In this document: piece after piece, positions 18,475-26,684 of the stretch
Numbering within the stretch: the stretch's first letter is position 1
Layout of the letters: each line of letters begins with the position of its first letter
From: a virus
DNA: 64,000 nt
Virus record (IMG/VR): IMGVR_UViG_3300028127_000003
Direction: 5' to 3' (one strand)
Translations under genes and position numbers: made by a program
The notes under the pieces: generated by a model
What the model saw: only the letters and a program-made list of their open reading frames with translations
Databases searched by the model: none
Told to the model about the DNA's origin: nothing

Positions 18475-19845
18475 TTATCTTCCGTACTTTATGATTCCCA
18501 TCAGCTGATTGATAGCAGCAAAAGTACCTGTTAGTTTCATAGTCTTTCCTTTATATACAAAAACTATTCCTTCAGTTGGTATGATAGATTCTACTCCTCC
18601 AATTCTATCTAATCTCTCTAGTTCTTTCATTACCTTTTCGATCTGAGTAACGCTTCCATCTTTTTTGATCTTTTCAGATTCTGATCTAATTTGATTATGT
18701 AGTCTTTGCATCTCTTTGTCTGGATTTGCAGCTACAAAATTAGAAGCATTCATAAGAATTATAGACCCTAGTTCTAAAAATAAATCTTCAAACGGTCTAA
18801 TGTTTTCTTTATATTTCTTTTTAACATCTTCTTTGTCAAATTTCTTAACAGAAGCAGCTTCATCTTTTCCTATCTCCTTTGCAAGTGATCTCATATTTAA
18901 AGACTTTTTATCTCCATAAGCCCATCTTAATAATAAACCTTCCTTATAGTCTTGTTGTAAATCTGGGAAATTTGCATCTATTGTTTCTCTCCACCACATT
19001 TCATGATATCTAGAAACTTCGTCACCGTCTGTTAAGTTATAACGATCTCTTAATTTTTCAATCTGCTTTATAAATTTAGCTTGATTTTTATCAAAATTAA
19101 TATCTTTACCTAGTTTTAAAATCTGAGGAGGAATTATTGTAAATGTCTTTTGAACATCGGCATCTACTTCCTTTAAAGCTTTGACTAATTCTCCTGCTAT
19201 TTTTCTAGATCCTGTAATATTACCATTCCCATCAGTTTCTTGAATATCGTGAAATTGAAGAACATCTCTTTCGTAATAGATTACATTTGGGTTTTTAGAA
19301 TAGATTAATTCTATATTTATAAAATCTTTACCGTCATTAAATATGGACTGATCTTTAATTTTTGGAAGAGCTTCATTTAGATCTTTAGCTGCAAACACGT
19401 ATGTTTCTCGCACTAAAGGTACCTCATGCTTTTCAAACATTTCTATAATACCGTCTAAATCAACGGGACTAATTAATTGACCTTTATTTCTAGAAAACAT
19501 CGTAACTCCGTTTTTTACGGTTGCTAATAGATTTTGACCGTCTGTTTTTTCAGTGGCTACCTCTTCAAAGTTTAATTCTCCTTGAAGACCGGACGTTACG
19601 ATCTTTTTAAAATCTGCGAATGTTAAATCTTTTTCATCGAAAGGATGAGACATGTGACCAGCTGCACCGCCTTCTAAGATTAATTCTTCTTTAAGTGTAT
19701 TGTATTTTTCAACGATATATTCGTCAAATGATAAAACTTTACTCTTATTTTCACTCATATAATGTGCAACATATTCCTCTCTGGTCATGCCTTGTGCATC
19801 TGCGTGATGTTGAATAAAATCTACAAAGTTGTTATTTAGTTCCAT
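18475..19845 (-). CDS. Ligase-superfamily (KxDG) nucleotidyltransferase-like protein
   Basis: ATEKTDGQNL (motif I), INIELIY, LQFHDI, TEGIVF and MKLTG (motifs IV/V); LILE-GGAAGHMSHPFD N-terminal region. Confidence 0.6.
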   Translation of the reverse strand: MELNNNFVDFIQHHADAQGMTREEYVAHYMSENKSKVLSFDEYIVEKYNTLKEELILEGGAAGHMSHPFDEKDLTFADFKKIVTSGLQGELNFEEVATEKTDGQNLLATVKNGVTMFSRNKGQLISPVDLDGIIEMFEKHEVPLVRETYVFAAKDLNEALPKIKDQSIFNDGKDFINIELIYSKNPNVIYYERDVLQFHDIQETDGNGNITGSRKIAGELVKALKEVDADVQKTFTIIPPQILKLGKDINFDKNQAKFIKQIEKLRDRYNLTDGDEVSRYHEMWWRETIDANFPDLQQDYKEGLLLRWAYGDKKSLNMRSLAKEIGKDEAASVKKFDKEDVKKKYKENIRPFEDLFLELGSIILMNASNFVAANPDKEMQRLHNQIRSESEKIKKDGSVTQIEKVMKELERLDRIGGVESIIPTEGIVFVYKGKTMKLTGTFAAINQLMGIIKYGR

Positions 19846-19853
19846 GTATATAG

Positions 19854-19861
19854 CTAATATA
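19854..19861 (-). promoter_or_regulatory. Putative host-sigma-type element TATATTAG
   Basis: Same hairpin-T6-NN-TTATATTAG arrangement as at 6296. Confidence 0.35.
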
Positions 19862-19864
19862 ATT

Positions 19865-19898
19865 AAAAAACTTGACCCGGAAAAATCCAGGTCAGTTT
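19865..19898 (-). terminator. Rho-independent terminator
   Basis: TGACCTGGA-TTTT-TCCGGGTCA stem (one G-U pair) followed by T6 on the minus strand. Confidence 0.65.
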
Positions 19899-19912
19899 AT
19901 TTTTATTTTTTA

Positions 19913-22039
19913 TTATAAATATCTATCGATAAATTCTTCTTTGCTACCAACAAATGATCTAGTCTTTGGGCCGAAAAGAACAATCTCAGCACCTTCTGAT
20001 TTAAGCCAATCTGCAACTTTTTGAGCTTTTTTCTTATCAGCTGATAACCATACTGTGTCAAATTCAGGACCATGAGACCTTTGCATTACAATACCTCCTT
20101 TTTCATTTGTAAATTTAAACTTATCTCCAAGAGCAACACTTACTTTAATATTTTTATCAAAATTCTTTTTATGATTCTTAAAAGAATATGCTAAAGCACC
20201 TGAGTAACTTTTAGTGTCAGTTGTAAATTCATCTAAAGATGTAGTAGTACCTTCATAAATATTTGATTCAAATGCTGGAACTAATCCAGTTTCTCCGTAG
20301 ATATCTGCCATCATCCATTTTTTAGAACCTTCATCCCATAAATAAACGAATTCTGCACCACCTTCGTAATTTGCATCTTTAATATATTTGTTAATATTCT
20401 TAACATTACCTTTCATCAGATTAACATCTCCGCCATAGAAATTAATTTTCTTAACGTCTTTATCTAAACCTGAATTATCTCCATTTTTAAGAACAAAATC
20501 TACATTTTTACCACTTTTAAAGGTTGATTTAATAATAGGCAACATGTTTTCAGGATATGAATCATAGTGAGTATATACTGAAGTAATATTTCCTTTCTTG
20601 TCTATTTTACCAAATTGACCTCTAGTTCCTTCATTAATTACATAATTGATTACTTCGTTAAATTTAGATTCTTTTAAAGAAATTTCTTCTTCAGTTAATT
20701 GAAACTTAACTGATTCTTCTACTGCGTTAAATCCTGCTAATAATTTTTCAGCAAGTTTAGATTCACCAATAGATTCTAAATATAGAGCAGTGCCTTCAGC
20801 AACTCCAATACCTGACCATCCGGCAGCATTTGAAATTCTAGAATAATACTCATCTAATATCTGTGATATTTTCTTTGCTCCTACTATAATAGCTTGTTTA
20901 CCAAGAGTTAAAGGATTAACAGTAACACTTCCTAATCTTCCTTTGATAATTTTTTCAGTAGCTGTTCTTTCTCTATGGAAATTAGCATCAGTTAATGCTT
21001 CAGCGTAAATATATTTAATAGCTCCTAAGTGAGAAATTTTATCAGCTGTTAAGCTTCCTAGTTCTGCAAATATTTTATTGTATTGAGTTAATACTTTCTT
21101 TGCATCTCTTTTATATTTAATATCTAAGGCCTCATTCATTAATGATTCTCCTAATCCCCAGTAATTTGCGTGATCGTATTCAACTGGGAATATACCTAAA
21201 TCACCTTCATCACCTTCTTCACTTTTAACAATTTTAGCAAGATAGTAATCTCCCTTTGCAGTATCTTCATATCCGTATGAATCTGCATCTGATCCCATTT
21301 CTTTTTTAAATTGCTTTGATATCTTTCTCCAATTATCGATAGCGATTATTTCAACTTCGCTTCCAATTGAATTTTCAGTAGTATCTCCTACTTTAAATTT
21401 AGCTTTTTCAGTAACTAAAGATTCTGAAAATTCTTCAATATGTTCCATATCGATTTCATCTTCTCCCTTTAATTCTTTTTGTACTTCTTTAGACTTTACT
21501 AATTTTGAAAGATCTTTCATAGTGATTTCTCCATCAATGAAGTCAGCTAGTATATAGTATTGATTAGAAGAATATCCTTCACTGTCTCTAAAATCACCAA
21601 TTTCTTCAATTGCTGCTTTAGTAACGGTCTTAGCTTCAGTAACTAAAGATTCGCTTAATGAATTTCTTAGACCACAGTGTACGCATTCTACCGTTCCGTC
21701 CTTGTCAATTTGCTTATATAAATGTCCTTTTTTATTAGTACACTTTGGTTCGTCTGATTCAGTAACTTCTTCTGATGCAGTAACATCTTCTACCTCTACT
21801 TCTATTTCAGCTATTTCTTCTTCTGAAACATCTCCAAATATTTTTGAGATAATTGATTCTTTCTGATCTTCTTCTAAACCTTCGAAAGAAGTTAATCCTA
21901 ATTCATCTAGAATAGCAGCTATTTTACCAACTGATTCTTGTCTTTTTAAATTGTTTTCTTCTCTAAGTTTACTAACAGATTCCTGTTTTCTAATCTCTGT
22001 AAACGATTTAAATGAAGAAATTTTATTAACTTGTGCCAT
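19913..22039 (-). CDS. Putative head-packaged modular protein (708 aa)
   Basis: ISSFKSFTE N-terminus; linkers ESLVTE (x2), ESLMNE, VINE, ESNIYE. One module has C-x5-H...CxxC; another TRGQFG..SVYTHYDSYPE resembles a common small phage protein. Confidence 0.55.
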   Translation of the reverse strand: MAQVNKISSFKSFTEIRKQESVSKLREENNLKRQESVGKIAAILDELGLTSFEGLEEDQKESIISKIFGDVSEEEIAEIEVEVEDVTASEEVTESDEPKCTNKKGHLYKQIDKDGTVECVHCGLRNSLSESLVTEAKTVTKAAIEEIGDFRDSEGYSSNQYYILADFIDGEITMKDLSKLVKSKEVQKELKGEDEIDMEHIEEFSESLVTEKAKFKVGDTTENSIGSEVEIIAIDNWRKISKQFKKEMGSDADSYGYEDTAKGDYYLAKIVKSEEGDEGDLGIFPVEYDHANYWGLGESLMNEALDIKYKRDAKKVLTQYNKIFAELGSLTADKISHLGAIKYIYAEALTDANFHRERTATEKIIKGRLGSVTVNPLTLGKQAIIVGAKKISQILDEYYSRISNAAGWSGIGVAEGTALYLESIGESKLAEKLLAGFNAVEESVKFQLTEEEISLKESKFNEVINYVINEGTRGQFGKIDKKGNITSVYTHYDSYPENMLPIIKSTFKSGKNVDFVLKNGDNSGLDKDVKKINFYGGDVNLMKGNVKNINKYIKDANYEGGAEFVYLWDEGSKKWMMADIYGETGLVPAFESNIYEGTTTSLDEFTTDTKSYSGALAYSFKNHKKNFDKNIKVSVALGDKFKFTNEKGGIVMQRSHGPEFDTVWLSADKKKAQKVADWLKSEGAEIVLFGPKTRSFVGSKEEFIDRYL
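21407..21652. repeat. 18-bp exact direct repeat TTCAGTAACTAAAGATTC (21407-21424 and 21635-21652)
   Basis: Both copies encode the ESLVTE linker and flank one 76-codon module. Confidence 0.85.
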
Positions 22040-22072
22040 TTTTTAATGTTTATTTAATTTAGTTTCGTTATT

Positions 22073-23581
22073 CTATATATCTCCGTCAAATTTGACTTTC
22101 TTAATACTATACTCAAATTTCTCTTGTTTATAAATTTTCTGCCTCGCCTTACTATGTTTATATAAATAGTTATCCCATTCGTCAGTTCTAATGTCATCCA
22201 CAAAATCGACAATTAATACAGCTTCTTTAGACTCATGCTGCCTTAGACCTCTACCAATTGACTGCCTGATGATCACCTCGGACTTAAATGACTCTGTAAA
22301 GAATATATTGTGTATTTTCTTAATGGAAATTCCAGTAGAAAATGTACCATAACTCGCTACAATAACTACTTCATCTCCTGCTTCCATTTTCTTTTTATAT
22401 TCTTCTCTAATATCTTTATCTGTTCCTCCATCTACATAAAAAACTCTTTTATCTGAGTTTTGGCGGAGCTGTTCGTATATTTTTTTACCATGTTCTATTC
22501 TATGAAACAGAACTAGAGAGTTCCTAGGGACCTTGCCAACAACATTACATATAAAATTAAGTCTACCAAAAGAATTAATAATATAATTTTGTTCCAGTTG
22601 AAAAACATCCTTCCTATCATACTTATTAAATGCTAATTCTTCAAATGCTTTTTTGGCGGAATCAGGTGCGTAATTCATTTCAATTACTTTTACTTTACAT
22701 TTAGCGATGTGACCCTGACTCTGTAAAAATGCAGCCTTAACTTCGCTAATTACAGGACCCGTTTGACTCATTAGTGTTAACTTGTCTAAAGATCCATCTT
22801 TAGGAATTGTACCCGATAAACCATATTTATATTGTGCACTTGTACATTTTTGTAATATAGTCTTAATAGAATTAGATTTCGCTTTATGAGTTTCATCTAC
22901 AATAACAGCATCGAACTGTTGAAAATATTCTTTAGGCTTTTTAACTAAGGACTGATATGTACCTATCACTACATTCCTGTCTGACTTTATTTTCTGGCCG
23001 GCATATATCTGTTGTATCTTTAGTTTTATTCTATTCTTATTATTGTATTCGTGGAAATCTTCATGGGCCTGAACAACTAGAGAAACATTAGGAACTATAA
23101 ATAATATCTTTTCGGCCTTTTCTTTTTCTAACATATACGCCACTGTTAAAAAACTAATAAGTGTTTTCCCAGCGGAAGTTGCTAATTCAGCTAAACATCT
23201 CCTAAACTTTAGGATATTAAATGCTGTTTCTATTTGATAATCCCTTGGAACAAATTTACTACCCTCAAAAAATTCTAAAGCCCATGCTTCAAATGATTCT
23301 GCACCTATGTTTCTATCAAATAGTCTTTGAATTCCATTAAGTTTAAGATCAAACTTATATTCCTTGCAAATGAGCATAACGTATCTCCAAAGACCGGCGG
23401 GAATCCACTTATCGTCTTTGATGTATGAAACATATCCGTCCCATATTCCTTTCTTGACTAAAGGATTAAATCTCCAACTATCAATTCTTTTAGTTAAAGA
23501 TATTTTAATCTGCTCTAGTTCAAGTTCCTCTGCTTCATCAATTCGTAAGAATTGATTATCATCTGTTAGAGTTAAAATCAA
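22073..23581 (-). CDS. uvsW: UvsW-like SF2 DNA helicase
   Basis: PRDYQ, ATSAGKT, VDETH, GLSGT, YGTFSTGISIK and QSIGRGLR. Confidence 0.92.
   Translation of the reverse strand: MILTLTDDNQFLRIDEAEELELEQIKISLTKRIDSWRFNPLVKKGIWDGYVSYIKDDKWIPAGLWRYVMLICKEYKFDLKLNGIQRLFDRNIGAESFEAWALEFFEGSKFVPRDYQIETAFNILKFRRCLAELATSAGKTLISFLTVAYMLEKEKAEKILFIVPNVSLVVQAHEDFHEYNNKNRIKLKIQQIYAGQKIKSDRNVVIGTYQSLVKKPKEYFQQFDAVIVDETHKAKSNSIKTILQKCTSAQYKYGLSGTIPKDGSLDKLTLMSQTGPVISEVKAAFLQSQGHIAKCKVKVIEMNYAPDSAKKAFEELAFNKYDRKDVFQLEQNYIINSFGRLNFICNVVGKVPRNSLVLFHRIEHGKKIYEQLRQNSDKRVFYVDGGTDKDIREEYKKKMEAGDEVVIVASYGTFSTGISIKKIHNIFFTESFKSEVIIRQSIGRGLRQHESKEAVLIVDFVDDIRTDEWDNYLYKHSKARQKIYKQEKFEYSIKKVKFDGDI
22074..22081 (-). promoter_or_regulatory. 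GATATATA late-promoter-like motif
   Basis: Overlaps the last uvsW codons and TAG; 35 nt upstream of ATG 22039. Confidence 0.6.
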
Positions 23582-23598
23582 TTTTCATTTAACTTTTT

Positions 23599-24036
23599 TT
23601 ACAGTCTCGAAATATCAAGGCGATTCTTTATTGCAAAGCCCATATTGTCGAGAGTTTTTACTGAGCCTTCAATAAAGGCCTTTTGGCTTTCAAGTAAATC
23701 CAAAATCTGTTTATCATCTGAAAGATCTGCGTCGATAAAACGTTCTCTTTGTTTATCCGTTATCTTATAATCAAACTTATAATATTCAATCCATTTCTGT
23801 TTATATAACTTGTCTACTGTTCCCTTCTGTGTTCTAATTTTACCAGCGATAGTTGCTAAATTTTCAACTAATATTTGCCTATAACTTAATGTATATGCAC
23901 TAACATCTTCTAGGTTAATACCTTCTTTTAAGTTTGCAGTAAGTTCTTTAATCTTTAAAGTCCATTCTGATCTTTGGTTTGCTAAATATTCGTCTAATTG
24001 TACAATCTTAGATTTGTTAGTTGATTGTTCTGTCAT
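23599..24036 (-). CDS. uvsY: UvsY-like recombination mediator
   Basis: Helical; C-terminal DAD....L......F.....KTL..MGFAIKN matches UvsY; adjacent to uvsW as in T4. Confidence 0.7.
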   Translation of the reverse strand: MTEQSTNKSKIVQLDEYLANQRSEWTLKIKELTANLKEGINLEDVSAYTLSYRQILVENLATIAGKIRTQKGTVDKLYKQKWIEYYKFDYKITDKQRERFIDADLSDDKQILDLLESQKAFIEGSVKTLDNMGFAIKNRLDISRL

Positions 24037-24046
24037 GTGGTGTTTT

Positions 24047-24259
24047 TTAGAATAATGAGTTATTATTAGTATTCTTCTTAATATAAACTTGACTCTTAAA
24101 TTTCTTTTTGTATTTAGGAGTTATTTTAATTTCTTTTTCAGCGTGTGATAAATCGGCTGCTGCAAACCCAATAATCATTTTTAGATTTTTGTGTCTTTTT
24201 CCATCTTCTTCGAATTGATCTAATTCGTCATTTACCATTTGTACGTAATCGTCTATCAT
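24047..24259 (-). CDS. Hypothetical protein (70 aa)
   Basis: ORF overlaps the primase stop. Confidence 0.5.
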   Translation of the reverse strand: MIDDYVQMVNDELDQFEEDGKRHKNLKMIIGFAAADLSHAEKEIKITPKYKKKFKSQVYIKKNTNNNSLF

Positions 24260-25338
24260 AAGTAATAAGCATCTAGTCGTGAATTACTAAAATACTTATC
24301 CATTGTGGATAAACATTTATTTTTTGTTTTCCAAGCAGCGATAACTAGATCGTTTAGATCTTTAATCTTGCTAGGATATTTATCCATCTTTGATTCAGAC
24401 ATAAATTTGTCCCATGTAAATACTTCTTTACCTCTTTTTAATTTTTGCATCATCTTTGATTTTCCTGCTTCGTCATTATCAAACATATATCGTATTGTTG
24501 GAATTTCATCTAACTCTTCGGTTGATCTGGTTACAGACGCCAATGCTATAGAGTTAGGCATAAATAAGGCATCTAAAGGTCCTTCGAATACCGTACAGGG
24601 CATTTGGAAGTTTGCAGTCATGATACCAAACAAAGTTGATAACTTCTTAGAGGATATAAGCTGTTCATCCTGGAGAGGTATTTCTTTATTCATTTCCTGA
24701 TATATCTTTTCTATATCGTATGTTAGATATCTTGTGTTTTTACTTTTCCTTAAAGATCTACTTTGAAATCCTATAACCTTACCTTCAGGTGCTAAGTTTA
24801 AAACTAAGATTCTTTTATCTCTGGGAGAATACAAGAAGTGATTAAGCTTCTTATGTAAAAACCTGTTCTTTAAATAGAAAAAAGCAGGATCTCCTGGTTC
24901 TATCTCTACTAGTTTAAAAACTTCTTTAAGTTCCTTTCTCGTAGGTGATAAATCATATAAGGTTTTAAATACACCATGTTGTAGAGTGTCTACTTCATTA
25001 ACAGATACTTTGTGTTCTTTAATGTATTCTATAATTGTAATAGAATCTTGAGTATCTTTGAATTTTAGGTGATGATCTTTTAAAAAACCATATAGATCTG
25101 AGTGTTGTCCACAATTAAAGCAGTGGAATTGTAACGTTGCCCAATATAGATTACCTCTTTTCTTATGAGTTTCACCATGCGAGTCACCACAATAAGGGCA
25201 TGCCAGGTTTAAACGACCTGGCATTTCCTTAATCATGTGTTTGTTAGGGTCAGTATGTTCTTTTACACAAACTTGTTTAACTAAACTTCTGACCTTCTGC
25301 TTTAAATCTTCTGTGATTTTTTTAGATTCCGATTTCAT
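24256..25338 (-). CDS. DNA primase (T4 gp61-like)
   Basis: Zn ribbon CPYCGDS...RG...HCFNCG; TOPRIM VFEGPLDALF and FDND..G; KDLND. Confidence 0.88.
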   Translation of the reverse strand: MKSESKKITEDLKQKVRSLVKQVCVKEHTDPNKHMIKEMPGRLNLACPYCGDSHGETHKKRGNLYWATLQFHCFNCGQHSDLYGFLKDHHLKFKDTQDSITIIEYIKEHKVSVNEVDTLQHGVFKTLYDLSPTRKELKEVFKLVEIEPGDPAFFYLKNRFLHKKLNHFLYSPRDKRILVLNLAPEGKVIGFQSRSLRKSKNTRYLTYDIEKIYQEMNKEIPLQDEQLISSKKLSTLFGIMTANFQMPCTVFEGPLDALFMPNSIALASVTRSTEELDEIPTIRYMFDNDEAGKSKMMQKLKRGKEVFTWDKFMSESKMDKYPSKIKDLNDLVIAAWKTKNKCLSTMDKYFSNSRLDAYYL

Positions 25339-26278
25339 CTAAGAAAGAATCTAGATCATCGCTATCTGCTGATGCAGTTGAAGATTTTGTTTCTGCTGCC
25401 GTTGGAGTCGCTGTCATTGTGTCAGGGAATTCAAAGTTAGCATCATTTCCTGTTACCGGAGCTGCTTCTTTTACTGCTGCTTTTTTAGCAGCTGGCTTCG
25501 GTGTAGAAATTACAGAATCCATTGAAGAACCAGGGTTAAGATATTGTCTTAAAATACCATTGACAAAGTCAAGAGTTTCAGCATCCCATTTCTTATATCC
25601 ATAAGGATCTAAAGATGGCGCTGTATCTAATTCACCTTTAATAGATGTCATAGCTTCTTGGTTTCTTTCAGCTGGTTTTCCATCAATTGCAATAGCTGAT
25701 CTAGTTGCAGAGAATTTAGACTTATCATAGTTATTATATTCACCTTGGCGAGTAATAATAAGTTCAAAGTTCTTTCCTTCGAATAAATCATAAATCTGAG
25801 TTGGTTCACCAAATGCAGGTTTAGTTTCTTCTTCGATCTTCTCTTTAATTTTGTAACCGAATTTAAATACTTTATAAGTACCTTCTAATTCAGGGTTCTG
25901 AGGATCTTTCACTACTTTGATAAGTGAGTAATACTGTTCTCTACGCTTAAGCTTGTCGCTCATCTTACGGTCTACTGCTGAATCACTCTTACGAAGTTTG
26001 AAGAATGCATCTGCAATTGGACACTTATCTCCTACCGTTGAAGGTGAATCAATAAGTCTTCCATCGCCGTTAGCGTCAGTTAGCCAGTGTACATACTTTT
26101 TAACTAATGAATTTCTTGGGTTTGTTGGGTTTGGAACAAAACGAATAAGTGCTTTGTAAGTTCCGTCTTTACCATCATCTGCGGATGGTTTGTAGATCTC
26201 ATTTGTAGAGCTTGAGCTCTTTGTTTCATGAGTTTCAACGTCTGATACGCTGAGGTTAAAAATGTCAAAATCTGCCAT
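25322..26278 (-). CDS. Single-stranded DNA-binding protein (T4 gp32-like)
   Basis: DGKDG.Y.ALIRFVP, CPI, VVKDP.NPE.EG..KVFKFG.KI, G.NF.L, NYDKSKF and an acidic tail DDLDSFLDEI. Confidence 0.9.
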   Translation of the reverse strand: MADFDIFNLSVSDVETHETKSSSSTNEIYKPSADDGKDGTYKALIRFVPNPTNPRNSLVKKYVHWLTDANGDGRLIDSPSTVGDKCPIADAFFKLRKSDSAVDRKMSDKLKRREQYYSLIKVVKDPQNPELEGTYKVFKFGYKIKEKIEEETKPAFGEPTQIYDLFEGKNFELIITRQGEYNNYDKSKFSATRSAIAIDGKPAERNQEAMTSIKGELDTAPSLDPYGYKKWDAETLDFVNGILRQYLNPGSSMDSVISTPKPAAKKAAVKEAAPVTGNDANFEFPDTMTATPTAAETKSSTASADSDDLDSFLDEIGI

Positions 26279-26377
26279 GTCTTTAATTGCTTTAATTTAC
26301 GTTAATGTCTTTAATCTTTAAAAAACTTTCAATAGTTATACATGCAATTCCTAAAAGGTTTCACAATAATAACTATT
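26277..26377 (-). promoter_or_regulatory. gp32 mRNA leader: hairpin plus ATTAAAG repeats (putative autogenous translational operator)
   Basis: 9-bp inverted repeat at 26331-26339/26369-26377; CTTTAAT at 26281, 26290 and 26309; 11-bp direct repeat at 26277-26287 and 26305-26315. Confidence 0.5.
26335..26363 (-). promoter_or_regulatory. Putative class-2 promoter TGAAAC-N17-TATAAC
   Basis: Exact 17-nt spacer upstream of gp32. Confidence 0.55.
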
Positions 26378-26378
26378 C

Positions 26379-26386
26379 TATATATC
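26379..26386 (-). promoter_or_regulatory. GATATATA motif upstream of gp32
   Basis: Exact octamer in the intergenic gap. Confidence 0.55.
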
Positions 26387-26412
26387 CGTATTGCAGGGGG
26401 CAGGGGGAAGAA

Positions 26413-26604
26413 TTATAACTCTGAATAGGTTGATCCAGATTCGTCAATCCACTTTGAAGAAGAGTTTGGAAGACGAGCTAAACCAGCCTTTCTTAACATA
26501 TCTATCATTTCATTTTCTGTTATTCTATGTTGAGTTACCATATCACTTAAAATCTCTTTAAGCTTTAATAGGTGTGCCGGTATTATTTCTCTATCTGTTT
26601 GCAT
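26413..26604 (-). CDS. Hypothetical protein (63 aa)
   Basis: ORF with GATATATA at 26609-26616 just upstream. Confidence 0.5.
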   Translation of the reverse strand: MQTDREIIPAHLLKLKEILSDMVTQHRITENEMIDMLRKAGLARLPNSSSKWIDESGSTYSEL

Positions 26605-26684
26605 ATTTTATATATCTTTTTATTTTATGAAACTTTATGGGGAAAAGACAGTATAACTTAAGACTTTAAGCCTCAGTGGTAAAT

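Noticed and set aside
26393-26410. G-quadruplex
   Set aside because: Only two G5 tracts are present, too few for a canonical intramolecular quadruplex.
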